Assembly (NCBI GenBank): GCA_973895155.1
Contig: OZ316897.1
Coordinates: 23,039,455 to 23,103,454 of the forward strand
Length of the DNA stretch: 64,000 bases
Direction of reading: 5' to 3'
Source of the DNA: Marsupella aquatica
Taxonomy: Eukaryota > Plantae > Marchantiophyta
Shown here: positions 13,016 to 26,086 of the stretch, in pieces
Layout: every line of letters begins with the position of its first letter
Numbering within the stretch: position 1 is the stretch's first letter
Made by a program: the position numbers and the translations under genes
Notes under the pieces: model-generated
The model's input: the letters and a program-made list of their open reading frames with translations, nothing else
What the model was told of the DNA's origin: nothing
Databases searched by the model: none

Positions 13016-13363
13016 TGCAACTGGGTCTCTACTGTGAGACTTTTGTCGACGGCTAAATTTTGAAACGCGCGCATTTGGTCTTGTGCTATTGTGGCTGCAG
13101 TCCATTTGATAGCACGACTTCGGACTCCAAGCAAATAAATTCTTCGACAGTGGAGCACATAGATCAATGGACGACTGCAACACAACCTGGTGACGCCGAT
13201 ATGTAAACGCTGAGATTAAGTTTGACGAATGCTATTGTAGAAACTGCCAGTCCGAATTATTTATTGAGAACTTGTTGATACAAACCCCCGTGAAGGACCC
13301 AGATGGTGTCAACAAGAATTGACAATGAGTGCCACTACTCTCACTGGCGTGTCTTTCACAGGT

Positions 13364-15779
13364 TCAAAAACTATCCTTGACGTCTGTGATTCCCTCCGTG
13401 GAAATGAGAAAACGAGCTTCTCCTTCGGGAAGACACGGTGAAGACACAACTTTGCATATCCTTTCCTCCCCTTTCGCCTTTCGTAGAGCAAGTCTGCAAA
13501 AAAGGACAGGTAGTCACACCACGACTGCATAGGGCGACGAAGCATTATCAATTGATGCAAACATACAGATTTGCATAAGAACTCATTGAACCCGACGATC
13601 CAAATATCGCCCAATAATGTGGAAAGAGAAATTCCTATTCTGGTCTAAATGGACGGAGACAAACCTCGTTGTAGATGAATGCGCCATAATATTTCCACCA
13701 ATTGCTTTTGTTTGTGGTCCCATAAAGGACGCTGTACCATCCACTACGGCCGTTACTTGGTTGGTGATTACTACCGCTACACCGAACTGCGATATCCAAG
13801 GCAATGGTGAGAACACTGGCTCCACAACATCCCGGGAGGGGATTTGTGCGTGCCCACGGATTCATTATCAAATCGATATCTCGGCAATACAAAAAGCTAG
13901 AAATCATCTGTAGGCATGAATGCTGCTGTCAATTGTGTGTAAAACATGTTCAAGATTCGATACAGCAATTCCAGGATCGGAGAACTGTACCTCGTCTGCC
14001 ATTTTCGTAATGCTCCTAAGAAATTTTCCCAAGTGCATTTGTCTGTTGGCTAGCTCCCCTCGTCCACTAAAATCGGTTCTGTAAAGCGCTGTCGCACTAT
14101 CGACTACAATGAGAGCAAACCTGAGACAGAGGTAAGTGCTTGGTCAGTGATCAACAAACGAAGGTGATTTAACACAACTGTCAGCCGGGGATTGACATTA
14201 CCTACCTTGATTCGGCCATCATACACGCAGCTTCCGTCAGCAGCTTTGACTGATGATCGGTGTTGAATGCCCGGGCATACGCCACGTTTTCTAGCACATC
14301 CTTACCAATCAATCCATACCTGGCATGATCAACGGAGAAGCTCGTCAGATATAAGTGAAACAACTGTCGAGATCATTGCTCTTAGTAAACCTTCATATCC
14401 TACAGGGCATAGACCACCTGGGAGTACGTTGAAAAGTTTACCGATCTGCTATTGACACCAATCGTTCTGGTCTGAAGGTACCCTCAGCGTCTATATACAA
14501 TGCCTTCCCTTCACCACCGCCCTGCGTTACGGGTAGCTGACAAACAGGTCCCGTACTGATGAATGAGGATCAGGAAACAAGACACAAACGATGAGCGTAA
14601 ATAAAATGCCAACTAGAAGCGATGTAGGAGAGAACTGTGCAATGCGGAACAGAAAAGGAGACAGGTGTCAGCTCACCTGACAATTCACACAAAGTGTATG
14701 AATTAATTGTGTCTTCCCTGTCCGAAACTCTCCGTAAATCTCAGTCACTGACCCCGTTTCAAACCCACCTTCAATCATGCTCCCGAGCACTAATTAGACC
14801 ATGAAAGCCACGCAAATTTCCCATCATTAAAATGGAAATCTCACTTCTAAAGTTTTCAAGGGAGTACAGAATTGCCTCACCTTGAAGGAGAAGGTCTAAT
14901 TCTTTGCATCCGGATTTTATTTTGATAATCTCGACCCTTTGCTCATGCATTTGGAATGCGCTGGTAAATCCCATCGGCACGATCTTACAGGCTGCCAGGA
15001 GGACAAATGTAGGAGATTCGTCAAAATTGACCCACAACCGAGTCCCAGAAAAACCCACACCGAAAGACTGCAAAGCTGACCTGCTTCGATGACCTTGTCC
15101 ACTTTCGCTTCGCTTAACCCCTTAATCTTAACCAAATCCCGCTTCGACATGTATGCAACGGACTCTACTGTACACAGCCCCGCGTCTCTCAACTTCTTGA
15201 CGTCCATTGCCGGGATCCCGCAAGCCTGCATACATGGCCCCGAGTGAGTTTCATCTCAGTAGAAATGATCCACCACAATTAGATCAATTGTAGACAGAAT
15301 ACTGTAGAGCAACAACAGATTGAAGCAGCATGGAGGAAGATTAATCTATAGCCTCCGGAAACGAACCCACAAAATGAGATCATCTGAGAATTGTGGACGA
15401 CCACCTGGATTAGTTGTAGATTACGAAAGACTCGTAACCCTAACAATTGAGAACAAAGCAGGCAGAATCCAAGAATGAATAGCGAACCCAGCTTCTTGTG
15501 CCATAGACGTAGATTGAATCATGCCCCAGAAGCGAGGAAGGAAAGAATCAAAGAGGAAAGAATAGTTCAACTTTACGGGTTAAGAACGTTCAACAATTAT
15601 TTCCAATTAAACAAATTATTTCCTAAATCGAGCCAGTCTTATTGCTTCAGGGTGAACCGAGGTCGACCTACCTGCAGGTCCTCCACAGGCGACGGGCCGT
15701 GGTGGGTCTCGACCACCTCTGTGACCGGTTCTGGGGACGTGCGCTTGGCACCCACACTCTCCCTCATTGTAGTCGTCAT
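13364..15779 (-). CDS. RAD51: DNA repair recombinase RAD51, intron-containing
   Basis: Exon 1 15779-15672 (MTTTMRES...[10 protein letters not shown]), then [24 protein letters not shown], Walker [34 protein letters not shown], Walker [31 protein letters not shown] and final exon ...[11 protein letters not shown]...ITDVKDSF stop at 13364. GT-AG introns. Confidence 0.96.
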
Positions 15780-16571
15780 CCCCTGATCGATCTCCCTTCG
15801 TTTAAACTATACCTGCTGCGAGCTGAACTTCCCTCTGTTGAGAATTCTATCCCCTGCTCAGTCTCCCCTGGATCGGACTCCTCCTGCTGCAAAGGAGACA
15901 ACTCTGTTGTTACAGCTATTCCATGTTGTGGTCAACACACAGCTTCCAGAGAAAGGCGTTTTGGATCCGAGATGAGTACAAATTGAGATCCAGCTAAGGA
16001 CCGCACTCCGCCAGTCTCTTCACCAACACACAAGGCAGAAGGCAGAAGGCAGCAGGAGGTCTTTTTCGCTCACAACTTGATGAGGAGATGCAGGCTGTCA
16101 ATCGGCGATGACCAATTGAGAGGCTCCAAGTGAAGGTAGATTCTCGCTCACACCTTCAGATCGCAGATGTGCAGCAATTGGAGGCTCTTTCTCCCCACCA
16201 ACACGCACACAGTTCTTCGCAGATAAGCTCGATTTGCACCCATCTTTTGAAACAAAGAAGGCGGGAAGGTGGGAGCACGGGCAGGGTGAGAGAAAGCAGT
16301 GCGAGTGCGACGCGTTTGCATTATTTGGGACGATTCGATTCCTGGGCAGGCTGAAATGAATCCTGGAGATGAGGGTAAAATTGTACTGAGAAAATACGGA
16401 ACACAGCACAGAATGATCTGATCCGTCCGGGATGTCGATCGACGACTGGTCTCGCACGATTCCCTGAGAATATGCTTCCAGTTCAAAAATGCTACAGCAG
16501 AGATAGAGAAAAAATACGAGATACAGAAGTGAAATGGTCATTCTGTCCACGACGACCTTCCTACAGTCGAC

Positions 16572-16667
16572 TCTCTCTAAGTGCACACTCTCCCGGGAAG
16601 AATCATCGGGTTCACCTGTTTCTCTCTAAGTGCACATCCCCGGGAAGAATTATCGGGTTCGCCTGTT
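16572..16667. repeat. Tandem duplication (~48 bp x2) upstream of RAD51
   Basis: TCTCTCTAAGTGCACA...CCCGGGAAGAAT.ATCGGGTTC.CCTGTTT occurs twice. Confidence 0.8.
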
Positions 16668-17219
16668 TGCACTTCGTGATAAGTGATAAGACGTGAAATT
16701 GTGTATTTATCGACAAGAGCTAGAGCGCTCCATGTTCAAGGGGCCCTTTAGTGAGCATCTTGTGACTTCCAACCTAACTCGTACATTACTGCCCTGAACT
16801 TGATCTCCTCTCCCATAATTGCAGTTTTTGCTCTATAGAAAAATAGCATGCACTATCAATAAGTGTACCTAGATGGAATTGTGTGCGTACAAATAAGTCT
16901 TCATGTACTTTTATTGAGGGTGTGCACTTATAGAGAGACAACTATACCATAATCCTTTGAGAAAACACCCATAATTATTAAAGTATAGTTAGCTACCTTG
17001 TAAATCTCAAATTTTTGTAAATAGTCCACATCATCTTGTCAGCCATTTGTGTTTAATTGAAACATCCAAATTGCTTTTATGTGTGCGCACTTGTGTGAAG
17101 GCTGGTGTGGAAAGGAGAAATGCACAAAAGTGAAAGGTTGCATGCTAGATGCTGGATACATGCTCAAAATGTGCAACTATTTCTCACCATTAGATCTCAC
17201 GTCATCCTCAACATCCATC

Positions 17220-17530
17220 TGTTGAGCATAGACGACATTCGCAACGACAAGCCCATGAACCATCCAACGCACAAGAGTCGACACAAAGAGATACGTGGTT
17301 CACCTCCACAAGAGGCTACGTCCACGGGAACACACAAGAGCTTTACTGCACTCTAGGCCAACCGGCCATACCAAGCATCCACAGCACAAGCTCTCCCTAT
17401 CTCTCAACTAGCTCCGTAACAATGAGCCTAAGTTCCACCAGGGTCTGGCATCAGCCCTGGCTATATACACAATAGCACTACCGCTAACATTAGCTAAGTC
17501 CTAACCCGAGTTAGACTAACTATGGTTAGC
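17220..17530 (-). repeat. 3' LTR of the copia element, truncated at its internal end
   Basis: Highly similar to 24998-25308; joins RNase H sequence at TGGTTAGC; no PPT present. Confidence 0.93.
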
Positions 17531-20500
17531 AGCCAAGTGAAGAGCACTCTGACTATCACAGTTCAGAGTCATTTTCCCATGCTCTAAACCCATCTCCGCG
17601 ATCAACTTGTCCAACCAAATTGCTTCCTTTGCTGCTTCTGCTGCTGCAACATACTCTGCTTCTGTAGTAGACTGAGATATGCACTTCTGCAAGGTAACTT
17701 TCCAACTGATACATCCTCCTCCAAGAGTGTATACAAACCTAGTTGTAGACCTCCTTGTATCCAGATAGCCTCCATAGTCAAAATCTACATAGCCAACTAA
17801 CGTTCTATCTGATCTGTTATCAAATAGTAATCCATAGTCCTGTGTTCCCTTCAGATACCTGAGAATCGACTTCACAGCTTCCCAATGTACCTTCCCTGGA
17901 TTTGACATGAATCTGCTAACCTTGCCCATCGCTAGAGCCAAGTCAGGCCTAGTACAAGTCATCAAATACATCAGATTGTCTACTACCTTCTCATAAGGAA
18001 TCTTAGCCATCAGACCTTTCTCCACAACATCCGTAGGAGAGAAAGCCGATGATAACTTGAAATGTGAAGCTAAAGGAATATTCACTGGCTTACAGTTTTC
18101 CATGTTGAATCGTGCAAGTACTTTCCTCGCATACTGGCCTTGACTCAAGCACAACTGTCCAGTCTCAGAGTTCCTAAAAATCTCCATCCCTAAGATTCTC
18201 TTGGCCTTACCAAGATCCTTCATCCTGAATTCAGCACTCAATTTCGCCTTGAGACTGTCAACCTTAGATTGATCTTTAGCCACAATCAACATGTCATCCA
18301 CATAGATAACCAGAATGATGAAACCAAATACATCATTCTTAACTGATTTCGTATACGCACAAGGATCATACACCATCCTTGTAAAACTTTGAGCAAGCAT
18401 GAAATCATCAAACCGCTTGTTTCACTGTCTGGGAGACTGCTTCAATCCATACAAGGACTTGAGCAATCTGCAAACTAAGTTCTCTTGGCCCTTCTTCATA
18501 AAGCCTAGTGGCTGTCTCATGAAGATCATCTCTTCCAAGTTGCCATAGAGAAAAGCAATAATAACATACATCTGATCCATCACCAGACCAAAAAACACAA
18601 CAAGCTGACACAAGATCCGAATTGTGGAATACTTAGCAACCGGTGAAAAGACCTTATTGTAATCCACCTATCTCTTGAGTGAATCCCTTGGCAACAAGCC
18701 TTGCCTTGTAGATCTTGTCTCCACCCTCTGAAGGACTATCCTTCAACTTGTAAATCCACTTGCTGTCCACCACTTGCTGACCTCTTGGAAGCTCCACCAG
18801 CTCCCATGTCTTGTTGTCACTCAAAGATTGCAACTCCCTCTGCATTGCTGCATTCCACTCATGCTTCTGCTCTGAAGCACAAGCCTCACTATACGAAGAA
18901 GGCTCTCCTTCTTCCAAGATCAAAGCCATATCATCTTCATCAGGTGCAATGTCAATATCATCTAGCTTAGATGAGTCTGCCCATTGACCATATCTGGTAG
19001 GAGCTCTAGTAGAACGACTGGAAGTTCTTCTAGTAGATGACTCAGGCTGATCTGTTGCTGCTGCTGGTTGAATTTGAGGTACCCCAGCAACAATTTGCTC
19101 CTCTTGTTCTATCACAGGAACCAGCTCCAAGCCCGGAGCTTCTCCATCTCTCCTGTCATGAACAACATCACGACTAATCTCCCCCTCAACCCGGTCCGGG
19201 ATGGGAGATTTCCCCTTGTCAGTATGGGAGTCCTGAGAACTCTCCCCCTCCTTTGATGATCTGGATTCATTAAAGGACACATCTCTACTGACAATTAGTT
19301 TACAGATTACTGGATCCCATAACCTATAACCCTTCACACCTTTCTGATAGCCAAGGAAAATGCACTTCTTCGACTTGGACTCCAGCTTGGATCGAAGCTG
19401 GGAAGGTGTAAGCACATAAGCATCACATCCAAAAATCCTCAGATGTGAGTAATCTGCTGGACGCCCGTACCTCATTTCAAATGGCGTCTTGAATCCAATA
19501 GAACTGGATGGAGAAAAATTTACCAAATAAGCTGTAGTGTTGACAGCTTCAGCCCAAAACTCATGTGGTAAGCATGATTGACTCAACATACTCCTCGAGC
19601 GGTCCAATAGTGTTCGGTTGAGTCTCTCAGAAACACCATTCGGCTGAGGAGTATAACTTGTTGTGAAATGACGGGTAATCCCCTGCTCCTTACAATACGT
19701 TCCAAATTCCCCGGAACTGTATTCACCGTCGTTATCCGATCAAAGATATCTCACCTTATTACCAGTCTGATTCTCAACTTGGGCTTTCCACTCCTTAAAA
19801 GTGGCAAAAACATCAGACTTATTGTGTAGAAAGTATATCCACACATACCTTGAGTAATCGTCTATGAACGTGACATAGTATAATCGTCCAAAATGTGAGG
19901 GAGTAGGGGCTGGACCCCACACATCACTATGTACATACTCAAGTACCTCCTTGCTGGTGTGAGTTCCAACTCCGAAGGGTTTCCTGTGCTGCTTCCCTAG
20001 CACACAGTGCTCACAAAATTCCAACTTACAAGATTGCAAATTAGAAAGTAATCCTTTCTTTTGAAGAATAATCAACCTTTTTTCACTCATGTGGCCCAAA
20101 CGGAAGTGCCACAGCCAGGCCGTCTCCTCATGAGATAAGGTTACATTGGCTTGATCACAGATTACACTGCCCTCCAAAACGTATAGATTGCTATGTCTCT
20201 TTCCCTTCAATACAACTTTAGTACCAGTTGAAACCTGAAGGACACCATTAGCAGAACTCCACTGATAGCCATTTGCTTCTAAAACTCCAAGTGAAATGAG
20301 ATTTTTCATCATGCTGGGAATATGTCTCACATTCCTCAACGTTCTCACAACACCATCAAACATCTGAAATCAGATTACAGATCCAAGTCCAACAACTTGA
20401 CATGGGATTCCATTTCCCATCAACACTGACCCGTTGGAAACCGTGTAAGAACTGAAACAATCTCTCCTAGAGCAAATGTGAAAAGTACATGCACTATCTA

Positions 20501-23159
20501 GAATCCAGTCATCACTACCTGGATTTGACACTACGTTGAGAGCATAACCTTGACATCACAATATGTCATCATCATCGAGTAAATCTACCTCATGCGAGCT
20601 CGATGCCGCATTAGCAGAGGCAGTAGGGACCTTTACTCGACAATCCCTTTTCATGTGGCCAGGCTTGCCACAATTCCAACATGCAAGAGGCTTCCTCTCT
20701 TGCGATTTTCCTCTGGATTTAGATCTCCCCCGTGATGTAGATCTAAACCTGTTCTGCCCATTCGTGCGCTGCGCTGCTCTTCCCCTGTTCACATTCAGCG
20801 CAGTGCCAGAAAAAGATGTTGTCTATGATTGACCCAGCTTCTTCTGAGCATCATCAGACAGTAATAAGCTCGCCACCTCATTATACGAAATGGACTTCAA
20901 ATCTCTGTACAAGAGCACCTGTTTCAAGCCCTGATAAGACGGCGGTAAGGAGCTTAGCAGAAGCAAGGCCTTATCCTTATCTTCAACTTCTTTTCCCAGG
21001 TTTGACAGATCCATCGCTAGACTGTCGAATTCATCCAGGTGATCCTGCATCTTGCTCCCTTCCTTGAGCCTAAGGCTCATCAAGAGAGACTTCTTGTACA
21101 GCCGGTCTGACGCATCTTCCCGGTAGTACTTCTCTCTTAGAGTCTTGAACAGTGACGTGCAATCTGCATTATCATCCAGCTGCTTGATGATGTGCGGCTT
21201 GAGATATAGCATCACTGCATTGACAGCAATCACCTGCTCTTGTCTCCACTGTCTCAAAGAAATCTCCTCCTCTCCATCATACTGCTCTCGCGAAGAGAGC
21301 AGATGAGCCAAGCCCATGGCCCGTAGAACACCCTTCACTTGATTCTCCCACAGCAAGTAGTCAGTACGACCATCGTACTTCTCCACCTCAAACTTTACTC
21401 CTCCGAATCTAGCCATCTCCCTCTTCTTCCCTACTACCGACAACTCTGGTACTAACACAGCTTCCTCCACTGCACGCCGCACCGGTGATCGTACCGGTGT
21501 CACTAGTTCTTCCTCAAACGGTAGCAGCTCCTCCTCAGACTCTCCGTCTGACCGTCGCGATCCTGAAGCTCCACTGACGCCAATTCTTCCAGTATCCTCC
21601 GAGTCACTCATATGAAACAATCACGAAAAAATGTCTTTTTTCGAAACTTCTCATAAAACTCAAAACTCAACACCACCGCGTAGCCCACGAATCTAGGAGT
21701 CCAATACTGAAAGTGAAAATCAAAATCAAAATTTGACGAAAAAGTTATTCAAATTTTGGTCGGGGTGGGTAAAACCTTGGGAAACTCCCCCGTTTTGACC
21801 ACCTCGGAGAATAACCAAAATACCCAGTACAACCCGTCGTTAGAATCGTGAAGTGATCGGTGCACCGCGTTGCCAACTTCAATGGCTACGTCCTCGCCGA
21901 AAAAGAACCAAAAAAGTTACCGTTCGGCGGATAGAATCTTTGTCGGACGGTCGAAAAACAGCTCTCTATTTTTTGAGAATATTCCCGCACAGTCCGACAG
22001 GTCTCACAGGGGGCCGTTCCCCCTGTCCAAGCGGTTAAAATGCCGGGTCACCGGGGCCTGGAAAGCGAATTAAAAGAGCCAGGAAGAAAAGACAAAAAAT
22101 GGCTTTAAAAGGGGGTGTTATAGGCCCTTTAAACAAAAAATATGCCCAAAATGCGAGGCGGGCCAGGCAGGGTATAGGAATACAGGAGGGTGAATACACG
22201 AAGGGACGGGCGAATTAGGTCGGGGCAGAGCCGCAACGGGGGTACGCGCTCGATGGCTGCATACGCAGCCAGATACTATCGAGGGCGAAGGAGGGGCTAG
22301 TGGCGCCAGGCACGACTATACACAGTCGCGTACGCGACTGTTTCTGGGCAGGGCCGAGGGAGTCACTGGGGTACGCAGCCGGAGCCGCGTAGCAATAAGG
22401 CAGAATGGAGGGCGGGGGCTCGCAGGCGGTACGCGAGGGGCTGGGGTGCGGGGAGGGGCTTACCGGGGCGCGCGCCGGCCGGCGCTGCAGACCCCGCCTG
22501 AAAATCGGGGGGGCGGCGGGCGAATACAGGGTCACAAGGGCCGGGGTGTTTGAGGTGTGTATACACACCTCGTGTGTGTATACACACACAAAACACCCCC
22601 TTAAAACAAAAATTGACCCTTAAAAATAAAAGAGCCGATTACTCACTTTATCCGCCGACGTTTTCAGTGAGGAAAGTGAACGTCGGGAAAAGTTGCCAAA
22701 TTGCACCGGCACAGACTGCAACTCCAGCAGAGTAAAAAAAATTCGTCGCAACGTCTTCACTCCGCGTCAAGTGCCAATCCTGGGCTCAAAATGACCGCCT
22801 CGCCGCGATCAACCCGTTGAGCTGTAGCACTTTGCGTCTCATCCACCAAGTCGGGCGTCACGAAGAGAAACCCGGTTCAGATGAGAACAAGCTCCATAGC
22901 TTGTGAAAAAACCTGAACACCTCCTTCACTCGTCACGTCGCACTCGGTAACAACTTGACAGCAATCCAGCTACCGAAACGACCAGCTCGCGTCAACCTTC
23001 AACTTGAGCTATAATGTGCGACCCCTCCCGCATCGCACACCTCACACCGTTGAAAAACACAAACTCTGGTCTCTCCCCCGAAAAACTGTCGAACATGAAT
23101 AAACCCTGAACAACGCAAACTTCAATTCCTCCGCACCACGGATACCGATCAGCGAGTTC

Positions 23160-24835
23160 TGTCGTATAGCCAAAAGAACAAAAAGGAACACTTTTTACAT
23201 AAAGACTCGGAATTCGATCCCTTTAAAAACAGATTTGGAAAGAATTGAATGAATTTATCTCTCTGAGTAATCTAAAGCTCTCAGCACATAGATTTCTTGT
23301 TTCTCACTAAAAGATCAAATAAACAAAACACCAAAGTAAATAAACTTCTGTCTTATGAGTCAAGAGAGAGTCAATTATGGTCTGAAAACTCTGATTAGCT
23401 ATTGCCACTCCTTCAAAAAGGACTATGGTCTTAGAATAGACATAAAACAAGTCTCATAACTCACTAATTTCTCTCTTGACTAAATAAAATTGCATGATAA
23501 GGAATTTCCAATTTGCTAAACAAGTACTGCTCTGGTTACAAATGTAATGATATGACTTAAGATGCCGGCAACATGGTTTGACATCAGCGATACGCAATTC
23601 CGTCAAACACTAAATCATATTCCATAAACAAAGTAACGGTACTGAATACTCTGAGAACCAAACTTTACTTCTCACATATCAAACAACAACTCTTGAATTA
23701 GCTAGCGAATCTTGACCCTTCAAGCAAGCCTAGCAGTGAATTCAATGTAAGTCACAGAAGTTTGTAACTGAATTCAAGTATCAAGAAATTTCTTGAATTC
23801 ATAAATTCAAACATAAGTTTTACTTCCATACAAGACTTCTCTTGTTAAAATGGAAGGAGGGAAACTAACAAAAGTCTGATTGGAATTGTCCCCCCCTCCT
23901 TTCGAATGGAAAAACCATGAGGTTTTATAAGTAAAGGTTCCCTTAACTGAAAAGGCATGACTTTTCAAACCTCAAATATCTAAAAGACAATCCTAAAAGA
24001 AATAAAGAAATGCATTGGAGACTTAGTGGACGCTTTGTAGAGCGTCGGTGCTTTCCGGTAAAACTAATAAATAGTGGTTTTAATATAATTTTAACTTCTA
24101 AACTAAAAGTCGGAATGAGCTGAGACTTTTCTAGAGTACTCTATTACATATAATCTCTATGCTGGTAAAGTTTCAGACTTTTCTGAGACTTCTAAGTGCC
24201 TCAAATAAATTGGCAAAAGTGGTGCAGTGTTATAAAAGTGCGGAAATCAGAAATATTTCTAAGTGTCGGGAAGATAGTGGACGCTTCAGAAAGCGTCGAT
24301 TGGATTTTGGTGTTTTGGTCGCGGCGTCCGTCTTCCGGCCTTCAGGTGGGACGCTTCAGAAAGCGGCGGAGTCTATCTTGGCGGACGCTTCAGAAAGCGT
24401 CGATTCTGCTTTGTCTTCGAACACGGCCGAACAGTCGAGGCGTCACTTCTCATGTGGACGCTTCAGAAAGCGTCTCATCGGACTTTGGGGTTAGCGGACG
24501 CTTCAGAAAGCGTCTTAAAGCGTCCGGTGTCTGGTTCGAATAGACGTTTCACGAAGCGTCTTCTGTTCCGTGGTATCAGTGAAGGACGGCTCAAAAAGCG
24601 TCGTGGTTAAGGGGGTCGCATCTGGTTGGCAGCACACATGGACGCCTCAGCTGTCTTGAGGTTTATTGGCTTTGTAACTGGGGACGCTTCAGAAAGCGTC
24701 CTTAGTTAGACTGAAGTGAGTTAACCGCCAAATGGAAAGTAGACGCTTCAGAAAGCGTCGTTTTTGCTCAAAAAGTTTGAAACGATTCAGATTTTTCTCT
24801 TATGGTCATGTTTCAGCAAAAGTCTCCTTTCCACA
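23160..24835 (-). mobile_element. Nested solo LTR (~1.68 kb) of another family, inside the copia 5' leader
   Basis: Termini TGTCG...CCACA with 5-bp TSD AGTTC (23155-23159, 24836-24840). TATA-like TTATAAAA on the minus strand at 23930-23923, downstream of a repeat-rich U3-like region. Confidence 0.72.
24280..24759. repeat. Array of 18-bp palindromic repeats GACGCTTCAGAAAGCGTC with variable unique spacers
   Basis: Copies start at 24280, 24350, 24384, 24457, 24497, 24543, 24585, 24641 (half), 24683 and 24742, with an outlier at 24029. Confidence 0.92.
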
Positions 24836-24997
24836 AGTTCTAATCACCGTTAGAAAGCCCTCTCACTAACCTATCCGCACAACCACATACATTTGAGTTT
24901 CATGCAATGAAACTCCGAATGTACCATCGACAATGAATGCTGGAAAAACCTGTCACAAAAAAACTTCGTCACCTCCCAGGCATGCTCTGATACCACT

Positions 24998-25341
24998 TGT
25001 TGAGCATAGACGACATTCGCAACGACAAGCCCACGAACCATCCAACGCACAAGAGTCGACACAGAGAGATACGTGGTTCACCTCCACAAGAGGCTACGTC
25101 CACGGGAACACACAAGAGCTTTACTGCTCTCTAGGCCGACCGGCCATACCAAGCATCCACAACACAAGCTCTCCCTATCTCTCAACTAGCTCCGTAACAA
25201 TGAGCCTAAGTTCCATCAGGGTCTGGCATCAGCCCTAGCTATATACACAACAGCACTATCGCTAACATTAGCTAAGTCCTAACCCGAGTTAGACTAACTG
25301 TGGTTAGCTCATGAGTCACAAGACTAGAGCAATATCTAACA
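24998..25341 (-). repeat. 5' LTR (344 bp) of the copia element
   Basis: TGTTGAGC...TCTAACA, adjacent to the PBS and TSD. Confidence 0.96.
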
Positions 25342-26086
25342 CCATCATCCACTTGTTGGCTTTTCAATGATGCACATATATGGTGTAGGGCCTCTGGTAG
25401 TAATATGAGTTCACTAGAAGTATAATTTGTCAATAGTAAGTGATGTTGAGTGGAACCATTATCAAGCATAAGTGAGATGGCCAGACAGTAAGACGCTGGC
25501 CATTTGGGCCTGGCATTTGGGTTTCAGGGAGTGCACAAGTTGCAGGGAGAGTGAGGGTTGCATTGGATGCAGAAAATTAAGATGCACAATGGCACTTAGG
25601 CCCATCTCATGGTTAGCAAACAATGTCACCATAATTGAACAACCTGATCGAGGCTTCACACCAGAATGACATTTTGTAAACAGTGTAGTGATGAGAAGAA
25701 AAGTGGGAATACATATTATGGTGTTCCAATATCTTCAAAAGAACAACATAGGTAGACTGCCATAAAAAGTATTGTATATTCAAACTATGTACAAAAGTTG
25801 TGTCCCTATTTACAACTTTCCATGGTCTAATACCATCCTGTGGTGCTCACTATTACCGACTAGGCCTAGGCATCTGACCCTTTACTCTAACACTAACACT
25901 CCTTGTTCCAAACCACTCACATTTGGGTGCACCCGTTCCATGCATGTGACCTCAAAAGCACTTCATCATGCTAAATGTCTATGTTGGGGTCTACACCACA
26001 ACCATTGCACCTAGTATCTAAGCTATGAATATAGCCCACTAGCAAACTTTTCCCATCTACAAATGTGACCTGCAATTTTTCTCAAC

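Larger units (their letters stand above)
17220..25341 (-). mobile_element. Ty1/copia LTR retrotransposon, near full length, inactivated
   Basis: 5-bp TSD CCATC (17215-17219, 25342-25346). 5' LTR 24998-25341 (TG..CA). tRNA-iMet PBS TGGTATCAGAGC at 24995-24984. gag from ATG 21611 with zinc knuckle CWNCGKPGHMKRDC, protease WILDSACTFH, integrase HSDVWGP/FIDDYSR, RT YVDDML and RNase H. Multiple stops and frameshifts. Confidence 0.97.

Noticed and set aside
13364-15779. DMC1 instead of RAD51
   Set aside because: [26 protein letters not shown] and GGNIMAH are RAD51-type.
16098-16586. 162-aa minus-strand ORF upstream of RAD51
   Set aside because: No motifs; overlaps the probable RAD51 promoter/5' UTR.
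16672-16683. SOG1 motif CTT(N7)AAG in the RAD51 promoter
   Set aside because: The spacing here is N6.
17106-17219. TGTGGAAAGGAGA matching the terminus of the nested LTR, suggesting an older LTR hosting the copia
   Set aside because: Only 13 bp match; no other end or TSD found.
24280-24759. True CRISPR array
   Set aside because: Repeats are only 18 bp, spacers vary from 16 to 55 bp, there are no cas genes, and the array lies inside a TSD-flanked plant LTR.
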